Positions 19,596 through 30,557 of a DNA stretch of 64,000 nucleotides are shown one piece after another. The number at the start of each line of letters is the position of its first letter. The first letter of the stretch is position 1. The notes under the pieces are model-generated. The model searched no databases and was not told where the DNA came from. It saw only the letters and a list, made by a program, of their open reading frames with translations. Both the position numbers and the translations under genes were made by a program. Where the stretch lies: contig JBFXEV010000001.1 in NCBI GenBank assembly GCA_050179755.1, forward strand, positions 73,994-137,993. The letters are read 5' to 3'. The stretch comes from Candidatus Babeliales bacterium. GTDB taxonomy: Bacteria; Babelota; Babeliae; Babelales; JBFXEV01.

Positions 19596-20876
19596 CTAAA
19601 ACGTAAATTCTATCCCAAGAGCAATATTATTTGTCTGCACCACATTCTCAGCAATGAGATAACATACCGGAATATCCCATGAAAGAGAAACAAGTGGTAA
19701 GAATCTATTACATCCTTCTACTTTAGAGAAATCATAGAAAAAGTTAAGAGTCACTTCTTCTGCTGCCCAATTTGAATTTTTAAACAATAGTCCAGTATCT
19801 ACTGGTGGAATTCTATTTAATAAAGGTCGCCTATCTTTCCATTCATCATTATCATGCCACACTAAAGTATAATTCACCATCACTCCTAACCCATCGCGTA
19901 TTCCTTCTAATCGCAAATATGGCGCAAATACAAATGTTATACCAGGGTTTACTTTAAATGGCGCCACGAGCGCACCAAATAATTCGTTTTCCCCTGCTAC
20001 TGGTACGCGGTGCAACGCAGTCTTTGGAATGCGCTTAATAAGGCGAGAAATAAGACCGACTTTAAGATCTTCTTTCAGTTCAAATTGACCATCTAAGCCA
20101 ACGTAAAATCCATAGTGGCCGTTCCCACCAAAAGGAACTGAAGCAGGATTTGCAAGATCCTTTGTTACACCCGTTGGGAACAATGTTCCAAATTTAACCC
20201 CAGCATCAACGCGGCGACATTTCAGAATGTAATTCCATACGTTACCAAAGCGAATATACGCATCAACGTCAGTAATACCTGAATGCCTCCATGTAGTCGA
20301 CGCAAGGCCAAGTTCTCGATTAAATGCTCTGCGGACTTCATCTTCCATTCTGCCAGCCGTTGTTTCTGCCAGCAAGAATTTTAAGGCAGTGTTCATATGC
20401 AAAAATGAAAATGAAACCCCGCACGCAAGCCAATCAAGTAGCTGTTGATCGTAAGCAAAGGAAATACCCTGACCTTCAAGTTTACCGCGGCCAGGCAACT
20501 TTGTGCCCTCAAAAAGCGGTGAAATCCGTGATGGATTTACGCGATTTAATGCGTTATTAATGCTAGTAAGACTAAAATCACCAAAAATTTCAGGAAACCC
20601 AACATCGCCATGCCTGCCGCATGCATTATTTGCCGTGAGAAAGAAAAAATCATTCCTATAGCGTGATTCACCCCAGTGGCCTGATTCTGCATCGCAATTT
20701 GGATCATAAAAAAAACGTTCGCGAGAATAAGGTACTTCTAAAATTCTAAAAAACCGATTGTCATAAATATAGGCACTAAGCTGCTGCCCTGTTAAAAAAA
20801 CTAAAGTAAAGAGAGCAAGCAGACGACGTGTCATGATTGGCATAAAAAATCCTGTGTTGTATATGAAAGTCATCAA
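19596..20876 (-). CDS. Putative outer-membrane beta-barrel protein
   Basis: Signal peptide, amphipathic strands, C-terminal GIEFTF; start may be up to 14 codons downstream. Confidence 0.65.
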   Translation of the reverse strand: MMTFIYNTGFFMPIMTRRLLALFTLVFLTGQQLSAYIYDNRFFRILEVPYSRERFFYDPNCDAESGHWGESRYRNDFFFLTANNACGRHGDVGFPEIFGDFSLTSINNALNRVNPSRISPLFEGTKLPGRGKLEGQGISFAYDQQLLDWLACGVSFSFLHMNTALKFLLAETTAGRMEDEVRRAFNRELGLASTTWRHSGITDVDAYIRFGNVWNYILKCRRVDAGVKFGTLFPTGVTKDLANPASVPFGGNGHYGFYVGLDGQFELKEDLKVGLISRLIKRIPKTALHRVPVAGENELFGALVAPFKVNPGITFVFAPYLRLEGIRDGLGVMVNYTLVWHDNDEWKDRRPLLNRIPPVDTGLLFKNSNWAAEEVTLNFFYDFSKVEGCNRFLPLVSLSWDIPVCYLIAENVVQTNNIALGIEFTF

Positions 20877-21076
20877 ATGATAGCTTCTAAGATACTGTAT
20901 TCTCCATTTTTTTAAAGTTTTTTAGTACAACTAATTGACAATAAGCGCTCGCTCGGAATAAGCTTGTAGGGAATCCATCGGTATTAATCGCACTATTCAA
21001 ACAAAGAGAATACATGCGAAATTAAGCCAATGATCAACCATATTAAATCTCTCGAAGCACTAAAAAGGAGATTGTC

Positions 21077-22621
21077 ATGATACAAAAAAAATTAATTATT
21101 GCAGGCGCTTTAATTGCAAGTTTTGCTCACATAGAAAATACTCGGGGTAGCATAATGTCAAAAATATCATTACAAGGTGTTGTACTTGCAGCAGGAAAAT
21201 CTACACGATTTAAAACTGAAAAAAGTAAGTTGGTTACCAAAATTTGTGGCCAAGAGATGATTCTCTATTGTACTAAACTTCTTGAATCATTAGAAATTCC
21301 CACAACGCTGGTAGTGGGTTATCAAAGAGAACAAGTTGAACAGGTAGTAAAGTATGCACATGGCGATACAGTGAATTTTGCTTTACAAGCACCGCAAAAA
21401 GGCACTGGTCATGCGGTGCAATGCTCTAAAGAATTCTGGCATAAAGATCACGTACTTATTTTAAATGGCGATGGCCCCTTAGTTACCAGAGATATTATTG
21501 AAAATTTAGCAAAAGTGCACCAAGAATCAGATGCTGCTATTTCATTTGTTACCGCACACAATCCTGACCCGAGCGTGGTTGGTTATGGCAGAGTCATTAC
21601 TACTGGCAATAGCGTTAAAATTGTAGAACAAAAACATTTTACCGGTGATCCACAAGAACATTGCTGTTTAAATGCAGGAATTTATATTGTACGCACAGAT
21701 TTTTTACGGGAAGTTATTGACACTATCCCTGAAAATGAAGTAACACACGAATGGTATTTAACCGATTTAGTGCATTTGGCGTGCGCGCAAGGCCGCATTG
21801 TAAAAACAGTTGATGCCCCTTTTGACCGTATTCGTGGTGTAAATACACTCAAAGAATTGTGGACGCTTGAACAAATTATTCGTTATGATGTTATTTCTGA
21901 ACATATGGCCAATGGCGTACGTTTTAGTGCACCACAAACTATGCACATTGATCTTGACGTTCAAATTGGCGCAGGCACCGTAATTGGATGTAGCGTACAT
22001 TTACTTAATGGCACACGCATTGGCAAAAACTGCAGAATTGAATCTGGCAGCACGCTTAAAGATGCGCATATTGGCGATACTGTAACTATTTTTCAAAATA
22101 GCATTGTGGATAATTCTGATATTGAAAGTGGCGCATTGATTGGGCCTTTTGCACATATTAGAAAAGAATCTAAAATTGCACAAAATGCTCAGATTGGTAA
22201 CTTTGTGGAAGTATCTAAAAGTACTATTGGCCAAGGCTCCAAAGCAAAACATTTGGCATATTTAGGCAATGCAATAATTGGTAGTAACGTAAATATTGGT
22301 GCCGGTACCATCACTTGTAATTACGATGGCACGCATAAACATGTAACCACTATTGAAGATGGCGCTTTTATTGGCAGCAATAACACATTAATTGCGCCAG
22401 TTACCGTGCACAAAGGCGCATATACGGCTGCAGGTTCAGTGATCACAAATGACGTGCCCGCAGGAGCACTTGCCATTGCACGTGAACGTCAAACAAATAA
22501 AGAAAATTATGTAGAACAATTAATAAATCGTGATCTAAAAAATGAGAGCGATGAAACTCCAGAAAAACCCACGGCTTTTATGGGCGCGTTTAAAGATACC
22601 AATCATCATCACTTTCAATAG
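21077..22621 (+). CDS. glmU: Bifunctional UDP-GlcNAc pyrophosphorylase/GlcN-1-P acetyltransferase
   Basis: LAAGKSTR, GTGHAV, GNFVE, NYDG, hexapeptide repeats; alternative start 21155. Confidence 0.95.
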   Translation: MIQKKLIIAGALIASFAHIENTRGSIMSKISLQGVVLAAGKSTRFKTEKSKLVTKICGQEMILYCTKLLESLEIPTTLVVGYQREQVEQVVKYAHGDTVNFALQAPQKGTGHAVQCSKEFWHKDHVLILNGDGPLVTRDIIENLAKVHQESDAAISFVTAHNPDPSVVGYGRVITTGNSVKIVEQKHFTGDPQEHCCLNAGIYIVRTDFLREVIDTIPENEVTHEWYLTDLVHLACAQGRIVKTVDAPFDRIRGVNTLKELWTLEQIIRYDVISEHMANGVRFSAPQTMHIDLDVQIGAGTVIGCSVHLLNGTRIGKNCRIESGSTLKDAHIGDTVTIFQNSIVDNSDIESGALIGPFAHIRKESKIAQNAQIGNFVEVSKSTIGQGSKAKHLAYLGNAIIGSNVNIGAGTITCNYDGTHKHVTTIEDGAFIGSNNTLIAPVTVHKGAYTAAGSVITNDVPAGALAIARERQTNKENYVEQLINRDLKNESDETPEKPTAFMGAFKDTNHHHFQ

Positions 22622-22623
22622 AT

Positions 22624-23865
22624 ATGGCAATAACATTTATCCACACGGCCGACATCCATTTTGGTATGGAAAATTATGGTCGGCTCGACCCAAAAACGGG
22701 CATACACACGCGCTTGCTTGATTTCAAACGAGCGCTTGATGCCTGTATTGATCACGCAATTGAACAACAAGTTGATTTCTTTTTGTTTGCAGGCGACGCA
22801 TATAAAACAGCACATCCAAGCCCCACGCAACAACGATTATTATTCCAATGTTTGCTCAGATTATTTAAAGCAGATATTCCGGTGATACTCGTAATTGGCA
22901 ATCATGATAACCCATTAAGTTTCGGCAAAGCTCACGCACTTGATATTTTTGATGAATTACCTATTACTGGGTTTCACGTGATTGCAAAGCCCACAGTACT
23001 CAATCTTAAAACTAAGCACGGCCCAGTCAATATTGTGGGCATCCCCTGGCCATCACGCACAAACATTGCCATTGATGATACATATAAGCACGCAAGTTCT
23101 ACTGAACTCACGCAACACATATCAAAACAGGTAAGTGGTCTTATTGCACATTATGCACGCGAACTTGATCAAAATATTCCTGCAGTTCTTGCAGGGCATT
23201 TAACGGTAAGTAACGGCATATTTTCTGGTTCAGAGAAACGAGCAATCTATGGCACCGATCCATTATTTATGCCATCCCAACTTGCAATCGCCCCCTTTGA
23301 TTATGTGGCATTAGGTCACTTGCACCGTTACCAAAATCTCAACCCAAACGGTTATCCTGCCATCGTTTATGCTGGCTCCATTGAACGTGTTGATTTTGGT
23401 GAACGTAAAGAAGATAAAGGGTTTTGCCTCGTCACAATTCATGAGAAAAATAGTACCACGCATGAATTTATTAAGGGGCCAATGCGGCCGTTCTTGCAAA
23501 TAACGTGCAAACTTGCGCTTGAAGGCGATCAAACCGAGCAAGTGATCAAAGCTATTAGTGAACATGATATTACCGACGCGGTGGTAAAAATTGTGTACCA
23601 TGTACCGATTGAGCGGCGTGACATGGTTGATCTGCAAGCAGTCCAACGTGCGTGCGAAAAAGCACTCTATGTAGTGGGCATTATTCCGGTGATGCAATTT
23701 AAAGTGCGCGAGCGCAGGCCAGCAATAAAAGTGGATATGGATTTAAAAACATTACTTGCCACGTATTTTAAAGATAAACCAGAATTATGCGAGCGTTCGA
23801 GTGAATTGATTGAAAAGGCATTGATGCTACAGCAAGAGATTCAGCAAGAAGAAATCGAAGGATAA
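22624..23865 (+). CDS. sbcD: SbcD/Mre11-family nuclease
   Basis: HTADIH, AGD, GNHD, YVALGHLH, YAGS. Confidence 0.9.
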   Translation: MAITFIHTADIHFGMENYGRLDPKTGIHTRLLDFKRALDACIDHAIEQQVDFFLFAGDAYKTAHPSPTQQRLLFQCLLRLFKADIPVILVIGNHDNPLSFGKAHALDIFDELPITGFHVIAKPTVLNLKTKHGPVNIVGIPWPSRTNIAIDDTYKHASSTELTQHISKQVSGLIAHYARELDQNIPAVLAGHLTVSNGIFSGSEKRAIYGTDPLFMPSQLAIAPFDYVALGHLHRYQNLNPNGYPAIVYAGSIERVDFGERKEDKGFCLVTIHEKNSTTHEFIKGPMRPFLQITCKLALEGDQTEQVIKAISEHDITDAVVKIVYHVPIERRDMVDLQAVQRACEKALYVVGIIPVMQFKVRERRPAIKVDMDLKTLLATYFKDKPELCERSSELIEKALMLQQEIQQEEIEG

Positions 23866-24009
23866 GCAATTCCATCGCTTATCCTTATGCTCTTCGTAAT
23901 TTTAATGAAGTAGAAATCAATTTAAAAAAAATAGCTAAAGCCGTTCTAGCTGATATAAAAAAAACTATCCAACTAAGAATAGCCATTTGTTTATAAAAAT
24001 TTAATTAGT

Positions 24010-24939
24010 CTATGCAGCAACAGCCGGCACAAACTCTATGACTGTTGCGTCTTTAAATATTTGTTCTTTATATTCTGCAAGCAACTGATTATACCGTGGA
24101 GCTCTCAGCTCATCTTCAATAAGTTTATAACGCTTTTCCAGTGAAACAATGCGCTCTGGCACAAACTCTTTTAGGCGGTATACTTCAAAACCGTCATTAA
24201 CAAATTGCGGCGCTGAAATATCACCAGGCTTCATATTTTTTACGAACGCAATGTTTGGCGCAATATCAGATTCCTTAAGCCAAATGCACGCTCGCCAATC
24301 AAGCTGAGCTGACTGCCCTTTGTTAATCTTTTCTTGTACACGCTGCGCTTGCTTTTCCACAGGTTCATCAGGATTTAACGCAATATGCGCAATTTCAATC
24401 TGATATTTAGCATCTTTGCGTTCAGGATGATCATTATAATATTTCAAAATATCATCACGTGGCACAATCAAACGAGACGTTACTTTATGCTCAAGCATTG
24501 AATTTGCAGCATGCATTAATTTTAACTGCTCACGCCCTTCTTCATAGGAATACCCTGAACTTCTGAATATACCTTTAATATCATCAAGCGTTAAATTATG
24601 CTCTTGGCGTAAGGATGAAATGTATTTATCGATCACGGTATCATCCATAGGGATCTTATAACGAATCGTTTCTTGGAATAATAATTCTTCAAAAACTACA
24701 TCTTCCACCGTTCTTTTGCGACCATCAATACTCATGCGCTCAACTTCTGATCTGCAAATCACGCGCGTTCGTTCAGGGCCGTAGGCGGTCACCATAATTT
24801 CATCAATAATAAATTGACCTGGCTCCAAGGTACTTACCAACGTATCTGTTACTTGTTTGGTTTGCATAATTGCTAAGACCTGACGGTCTTGCGAAATAAC
24901 AATTAATAATAGAAGTGATAAAAAAACTTTCTTAAACAT
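24010..24939 (-). CDS. SurA-like chaperone/PPIase
   Basis: Signal peptide, helical SurA-like N domain, MKPGDISAP parvulin-like end. Confidence 0.7.
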   Translation of the reverse strand: MFKKVFLSLLLLIVISQDRQVLAIMQTKQVTDTLVSTLEPGQFIIDEIMVTAYGPERTRVICRSEVERMSIDGRKRTVEDVVFEELLFQETIRYKIPMDDTVIDKYISSLRQEHNLTLDDIKGIFRSSGYSYEEGREQLKLMHAANSMLEHKVTSRLIVPRDDILKYYNDHPERKDAKYQIEIAHIALNPDEPVEKQAQRVQEKINKGQSAQLDWRACIWLKESDIAPNIAFVKNMKPGDISAPQFVNDGFEVYRLKEFVPERIVSLEKRYKLIEDELRAPRYNQLLAEYKEQIFKDATVIEFVPAVAA

Positions 24940-24966
24940 ATATCCCCTGCTAATAATTACTGAAAC

Positions 24967-25201
24967 CGCTCATCTCGAGTGTTCTTCGAGCCTTTTAGGC
25001 GATGAAGAATATATCGAGAGACAGCATACAAAGCTTAATAATTCAAAATTGTTACTCAAAGCTCAACACCTCTTACCTTAAAAACTTTTATAAAAACTCC
25101 CCGATTCATTGCTAGTTACTTTATAAGTGTTTGATTTTTAACTGCTGTCCCTCGATACATTCTATTTTCGCTAACGCTCTATAAAACACTCGGGATGAGC
25201 G
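24967..25201. repeat. About 60-bp inverted repeat pair (expanded family A), MITE-like
   Basis: 24967-25026 versus reverse complement of 25143-25201: cgctcatcYcgagtgtt..agaatRtatcgagRgacagca. Confidence 0.8.
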
Positions 25202-25350
25202 ATGATTAAAATTTTTCTTTAATTAATGTTGTAGAACAAACTTCATCCCACGCACTCGAGTTTTTTGAAAAAATGAGGGCTATTGTAAGCCATAATCAAA
25301 AAAGGGACGTACTTTTAAGCACATCCCTTTTTTTTTAATTAACGTCTTAC

Positions 25351-26394
25351 TTAAGCAGCTTTGGCAGCTGGAGCAACTTCTTCAGCTTTTACATCGCTTT
25401 GTGCTACTGCAACTTCTTTATCTGCTTCTTGTGCTGCAGCAAGCTTTTCAGCTTCTTGTTGCACTGCTTCTTGAGCAAGTTTTATTTTTGCATCAAAATA
25501 GCCAGAATTAATATCTACATCATACTCTTTTTTAAGCTTCTCTAGTTCAGCTTGGATGATCTCAGTTTGCTTTTGTTGTTTAAGCATATTTTCAAGACCT
25601 TCTCTTACTTCATCAAAAGCAACGTATACTGCTTCTGTTTTTTCAATGCCTTTCACTACCCATGCAGTTTTACCAGCTTCTACAAGCTCAGTGCGAGGGA
25701 GCGATTCCATTGCAAGAAGAGACTTGCGTACTTGCATATCTAAGTTAAAGCTACGGTTGTTAACATCTTTATATTCTTCTACTTTAAGATTAGAAGCTTT
25801 TGCAAGTTTATCAAAATCTGCACCAGGTGCTTTTGCTTTTGCAAGGAAATCATTTGCTTTATCGCGCGATTCAAACTTTACTGCCTTTGCATGCACACCG
25901 CCAAGTGATTGAGAAAGCCCTGGCATTTTACCTTTATTATCTTCATAGAACGCAAGCAAATCAGCTTCTGTTACCGTTACTGGGTGTTTTTCTTGGAAAT
26001 GTTTAACACTTAAATTTTGTTTTGCAAAATCAACAATAAGCGCTAAATCTTTTTGATATTCAGCAGAATCATTAATATTATTCTTTTCTACCCATGCTTG
26101 TAAGACTTTTTGATTTACCATATTTTCATACAAGTTTTGATCAATTTTGACGCGTTCTGGTTCTGGCATCATTGCCATCATTTGTTTATATTGAGGTTGA
26201 ATTTCAAGAATCTTAGCTTTATATTCTTCAAATTCAGCAACAGTTACCGCAGGTTTACCATTAATGCGTAATAATACGTCATTATCAGCACTATGGCCAT
26301 GACCATCATCGTGTTTGCATGAATCGGCACAACCTGCAAGCGCAAGCAAGGCAAAAACTGCTACTGAGAGACTAAGAGACTGTTTTACGTTCAT
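25351..26394 (-). CDS. PrsA/PpiC-like lipoprotein foldase
   Basis: Lipobox LAGC, DFDKLAK, FDEVR. Confidence 0.75.
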   Translation of the reverse strand: MNVKQSLSLSVAVFALLALAGCADSCKHDDGHGHSADNDVLLRINGKPAVTVAEFEEYKAKILEIQPQYKQMMAMMPEPERVKIDQNLYENMVNQKVLQAWVEKNNINDSAEYQKDLALIVDFAKQNLSVKHFQEKHPVTVTEADLLAFYEDNKGKMPGLSQSLGGVHAKAVKFESRDKANDFLAKAKAPGADFDKLAKASNLKVEEYKDVNNRSFNLDMQVRKSLLAMESLPRTELVEAGKTAWVVKGIEKTEAVYVAFDEVREGLENMLKQQKQTEIIQAELEKLKKEYDVDINSGYFDAKIKLAQEAVQQEAEKLAAAQEADKEVAVAQSDVKAEEVAPAAKAA

Positions 26395-26479
26395 TGTGAT
26401 CCTTTACAATTTATATACAATACTGTTACTTTCCTTACCATAGAGGTATGATAGCACAACTTGCAAGTTCTTGCAAAGT

Positions 26480-27142
26480 CTAGACTACTCTACCACCTAC
26501 TGCTGCTTTAATACTCTCTGGCTTACATTTTACAATAAGTCGGGCTGCCGCTTGCAAGGTGGCACCAGAAGTCATTAAGTCATCCACCAAAAGCACTCGT
26601 TTACCGCGAATAAGCTCTTTATATTCAGCATGCAACTTAAATGCAACTTTAACGTTTTTTCTACGCTCCTCCCCTGATAAGCTTGATTGAAATACCGTAG
26701 ATTGTATTCGTTCTAATGCCAGATATGTAGGCTTGCCACTCAACCCACTTAATTCTTTTGCCATAAGTTCAGCTTGATTATACCCGCGCTGTGCAAAACG
26801 CCGCCAATGCAACGGAATGGGCACAATAAGATCAAAAGGTATATGCGGCAACGTGGTGTTATGCCATAAAAGCTTGCCAAGCACTACGCTTGCACGTTCA
26901 TCATGCCATGCTTTTGCTAAAACAAGCCGCTTTAACGTGCCCTGATATGCGCTTACAGCATAGACTTGCATGATTACATTAGCCGTCACTTCTAAAGGCA
27001 CTGATACTACCGGCGTAATAGCGCGCGCACATTGTATGCACAATAGTTCATCATTGCGTAAAAATAGCTTGCAACTGGCACATAAATTGGGCCAAAACAA
27101 ATATTTAAATTCAGCATATATGCGCGGCAAAGCCTGAAGCAT
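26480..27142 (-). CDS. comF: ComF family phosphoribosyltransferase-like protein
   Basis: CxxC..CxxC, PIPLH, RGYNQA, LVDDLMTSGAT. Confidence 0.9.
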   Translation of the reverse strand: MLQALPRIYAEFKYLFWPNLCASCKLFLRNDELLCIQCARAITPVVSVPLEVTANVIMQVYAVSAYQGTLKRLVLAKAWHDERASVVLGKLLWHNTTLPHIPFDLIVPIPLHWRRFAQRGYNQAELMAKELSGLSGKPTYLALERIQSTVFQSSLSGEERRKNVKVAFKLHAEYKELIRGKRVLLVDDLMTSGATLQAAARLIVKCKPESIKAAVGGRVV

Positions 27143-27622
27143 TTAAAATCTACCTACACAAACGATAGGTACCAAGAATTTCAATAATATCAGAGCAAGC
27201 AACCCTGCAGCCACGTCATCAGCAAGCACGCCCCAGGCGCCAGGCAATTTCTCAAACGCGCGAACGCCAAATAATTTGGAAATATCAAATAACCTAAAAA
27301 GCAAAAATCCAACCACTATAGAAAATGCTGAAACTGGTATTGTCCAAAAAGTAATAAGCATACCAAGGCATTCGTCAAGCACAATTTCTTTAGGGTCATG
27401 CATATCAAATGCTGGTAACACTTTTTGTATAATCATATAACTTGCAAGAGCAAGCCCCCCTATCAAAAGTGCATACACGCTCGCAGACACTTCAAAATGA
27501 TAAAGCGCAAGCACCACCGGTAGCATAAGCGCAGAAGCAACGCTCCCTGGAGCCGACGAGTACCGAACGTCACCCAGCGTTGCAAGAGAAAGCCACCAGG
27601 ATTCTTGCAAATTATTCTTCAT
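27143..27622 (-). CDS. pgpA: Phosphatidylglycerophosphatase A
   Basis: APGS, HDPKEIVLDE, FRLFDISK, DDVAAG. Confidence 0.92.
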   Translation of the reverse strand: MKNNLQESWWLSLATLGDVRYSSAPGSVASALMLPVVLALYHFEVSASVYALLIGGLALASYMIIQKVLPAFDMHDPKEIVLDECLGMLITFWTIPVSAFSIVVGFLLFRLFDISKLFGVRAFEKLPGAWGVLADDVAAGLLALILLKFLVPIVCVGRF

Positions 27623-28070
27623 AGTATCCCTTTATACACATTACAAGTAGCCCAACAACTATAAGCATGTCTGCCAAATTAAACGCAGGCCACGTCCAGC
27701 CACCATATGAAATCTCTATATAATCAACTACGCCACCATACCACACGCGATCTACTAAATTAGAAAATGCGCCCGCAAGTACCACCGTTTCGGCAACAAT
27801 ATCATAACCATCACGCCATCTGCGATAAGCATAGTGCAATAAAACAAGCCATAGCAGACTCACTACCAACGAAACAACAACGTAATAATAGTTGGAGTGA
27901 AACGAAAGCAAACTAAATGAAATACCTCTATTAAGTGATTGCGTAAATGCAAACCATGATGAAAGCTCAAAGCCATGATATCCAGCACTCATGACCCACC
28001 ATTTTATTAAGCGATCACACAGCACTGTTGAAACAAATAGTAACAGATACGTACGCCATGTTCGCTTCAT
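27612..28070 (-). CDS. lspA: Lipoprotein signal peptidase
   Basis: NRGISFS, GAFSNLVDR, VVDY, FNLAD. Confidence 0.93.
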   Translation of the reverse strand: MKRTWRTYLLLFVSTVLCDRLIKWWVMSAGYHGFELSSWFAFTQSLNRGISFSLLSFHSNYYYVVVSLVVSLLWLVLLHYAYRRWRDGYDIVAETVVLAGAFSNLVDRVWYGGVVDYIEISYGGWTWPAFNLADMLIVVGLLVMCIKGYYEE

Positions 28071-30406
28071 CGTACTGTTGCTCCCAAGGTTGCAAGCTCA
28101 CGCATGACTGCCTGGCCAATTGCATCAATATCATCTTTTTGCAATGTTTTAACCGCGTCGCGCGCAGAAAAACGTAGAGTAATTGACCGCTTATTGCCCC
28201 ACTCAGGCCTTTCAAAATAATCAACTAATGCAACATTAAATATACGCGCATCTGCCTGACGCACAACCTTTTCAAGTTGTGCAACTGTTACCGTGTTCGG
28301 CACAAAAAAACTAACATCACGAGAGCTATCTTGATAAACAGGCAATGGCACGTAACGCTTTTCCTTCGTTTTTGCAGAAGTAATAAAGTCACCATCTAAT
28401 TCAAAAACAAGCGCATGACCTTGTGCAACAGTAGCCAGCATGGTTGGATGCGCAATGCCCATCATACCTATAATATAGGTGCCACAATGAAGCGTTGCTG
28501 TTTGATGAGGGTGATACCAAGGAAGCTCAGGTTTAGTTTTGTTAAACACAACATCAAAACCTAAAAATTTATACATTTGCTGCAACTGATTCTTAATTTC
28601 GTAGAAATTAATCAGATTATGCTGATCATATACAATTCCTGCAAGCATTTTTCGCTCAAGTACGTTACCCGTTTGGTCCAAATGCCATTGTCTGCCCCAT
28701 TCAAAAAAACGTAACTGAGTTGTGCCCACCGCGTTCTCTTGAATACAATGGAATAAATGCGGCGCCAGAGAAGTAACCATGCGGTACCAATTATCAGATA
28801 ATGGGTTTTTAATGGTTACGGCCCCTTTATCTGGCTGATACCCAAGTTGTTTTAAAAATTGCTCATCAAATACAGGATATTTTTTAACTTCATGAGCGCG
28901 AAGATTACTTGCAAGATACTGCGTTACAGCGCGTCGACGATCAACAGGCGTAAGATCACTTGGCATCATCGTGAACAATGGCAATTCAAGTGGAATATTA
29001 CCATAGCCATAAAACCTGCCAATTTCTTCCACAATGTCTTGCGGATGTGCAAATTCTTTTGTTGCTCTAAATGAAGGAACTATTACTTTGTAAGCAAGCT
29101 TACCTTCAAGTTGCTCACTATAAACCGTAAAATCTAATGGTGTAAGAATCTGTATTATTTGCTCTGAGGCAAGCTTTACTCCGAGCATGCGTTCAATATA
29201 GTCATGCGTAAGCATTATAGTTATTGGAGCTGGTTTCTTACCAAGCGAAATAATATCACTTGCCGCAACCAGTGAAATTTTTTGATCTTCAAATAGCTTA
29301 ATAAATCTTTGTATGCCAAGTACGTTCAATTGCGTATCAAGAGATTTTTCAAACCGCACTGATGCTTCTGTGCGCAATTTATGGCGTTGCGATGATTTAC
29401 GTATAGTTGCAGCTTCAAAAGTTGCTCCCTGCACTATTATTGAACGTGTTTGATGTGAGATAGCAGAACTTTTACCACCCATAATACCTGCAAGATCAAG
29501 TGGCTTGATGCCATTGGATATTACTAAATCATCAGAAGATAGTTCTATTGTTTGACCATCAAGAAGCGTTAATGGAGTGCCCTGTTTTGCAGTACGAACA
29601 ACAAGTTGTTTAGTTGCAACCACATCAGCATCAAATGCATGCAGTGGTTGCCCTATATCAAGCATCACATAGTTGGTAGCATCAACAATGCCATCAATTG
29701 GCCGCGCATCAACGCGGCATAACCTACTTACCATCCATACCCACGATGCATAATGACCTATGCCAGGTATACTTATGCCAGCAATACTTTTGCAGCGCGT
29801 TGGATCTTGAATTTCAAGCGTAAACGAATTTCCTTGAGTAGAGGAAGCATACCCATTATGCTCTTGCACATGATGTTGGGCAAAAAAATGATCTTCTGAT
29901 TTTAAAGATACGTCAAGGATTGCAGCAATTTCTCGCGCAAATCCACGGTGCGACCATAAATCAGGGCGATGAGTGATACTTGAATTATCAACATCCAGAA
30001 TATAATCGTGCGCATCAATTTCTTTTTGCCATGCACCTTCAAACTCTTTCTGTGAGCAGGTAATTGCAGGCATTAGACCATCTTTATTCGCATGGAAATC
30101 TAGGAGCGTAGACCATCTATAGGTAGCTTTTGCTTCCTTAGTTACAAAGTAAACTGCATCTTCAATAATATCTGAGCGCCTTGGCAATACTATATCAGTA
30201 TCAAATTGACCACAGGTAAGCGTAACTGATTCATCTGTTAAACTAGTTACACGCGCCAAGGTAAAATTATTTGCATTAAAAGTAATACGAGTAACGCCAT
30301 CAATTTCTGCGGTAGTGAGCGCTAACTTATGCACCAAATCATTAATATCATAATCGGTCATTGAAGCTGCAATATGGTCAAAAATCCAAGCAAGAGATAG
30401 TTTCAT
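28067..30406 (-). CDS. pheT: Phenylalanine--tRNA ligase beta subunit
   Basis: MKLSLAW, THRPDL..HRGFARE, VDATNYVM..GQPLHAFD, RFEK, EEIGRFYGY. Confidence 0.95.
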   Translation of the reverse strand: MKLSLAWIFDHIAASMTDYDINDLVHKLALTTAEIDGVTRITFNANNFTLARVTSLTDESVTLTCGQFDTDIVLPRRSDIIEDAVYFVTKEAKATYRWSTLLDFHANKDGLMPAITCSQKEFEGAWQKEIDAHDYILDVDNSSITHRPDLWSHRGFAREIAAILDVSLKSEDHFFAQHHVQEHNGYASSTQGNSFTLEIQDPTRCKSIAGISIPGIGHYASWVWMVSRLCRVDARPIDGIVDATNYVMLDIGQPLHAFDADVVATKQLVVRTAKQGTPLTLLDGQTIELSSDDLVISNGIKPLDLAGIMGGKSSAISHQTRSIIVQGATFEAATIRKSSQRHKLRTEASVRFEKSLDTQLNVLGIQRFIKLFEDQKISLVAASDIISLGKKPAPITIMLTHDYIERMLGVKLASEQIIQILTPLDFTVYSEQLEGKLAYKVIVPSFRATKEFAHPQDIVEEIGRFYGYGNIPLELPLFTMMPSDLTPVDRRRAVTQYLASNLRAHEVKKYPVFDEQFLKQLGYQPDKGAVTIKNPLSDNWYRMVTSLAPHLFHCIQENAVGTTQLRFFEWGRQWHLDQTGNVLERKMLAGIVYDQHNLINFYEIKNQLQQMYKFLGFDVVFNKTKPELPWYHPHQTATLHCGTYIIGMMGIAHPTMLATVAQGHALVFELDGDFITSAKTKEKRYVPLPVYQDSSRDVSFFVPNTVTVAQLEKVVRQADARIFNVALVDYFERPEWGNKRSITLRFSARDAVKTLQKDDIDAIGQAVMRELATLGATVR

Positions 30407-30557
30407 AAAAAAGCTGCACTTTTTAAGTAAGTTTAAAAAAAGATAGTGATAGTTTACGCCAAAAGTAATGTTCAAGCAAACTTAACGGTTCCTCAACAAA
30501 ACCTTTGACTCTCCTAATGCCGCTATGCAATACTAATATCAAAGGGAGGGTTTTAAT

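Noticed and set aside
22624..23865. SbcD as part of a defence system
   Set aside because: Housekeeping context after glmU; no partner genes; sbcC may lie elsewhere
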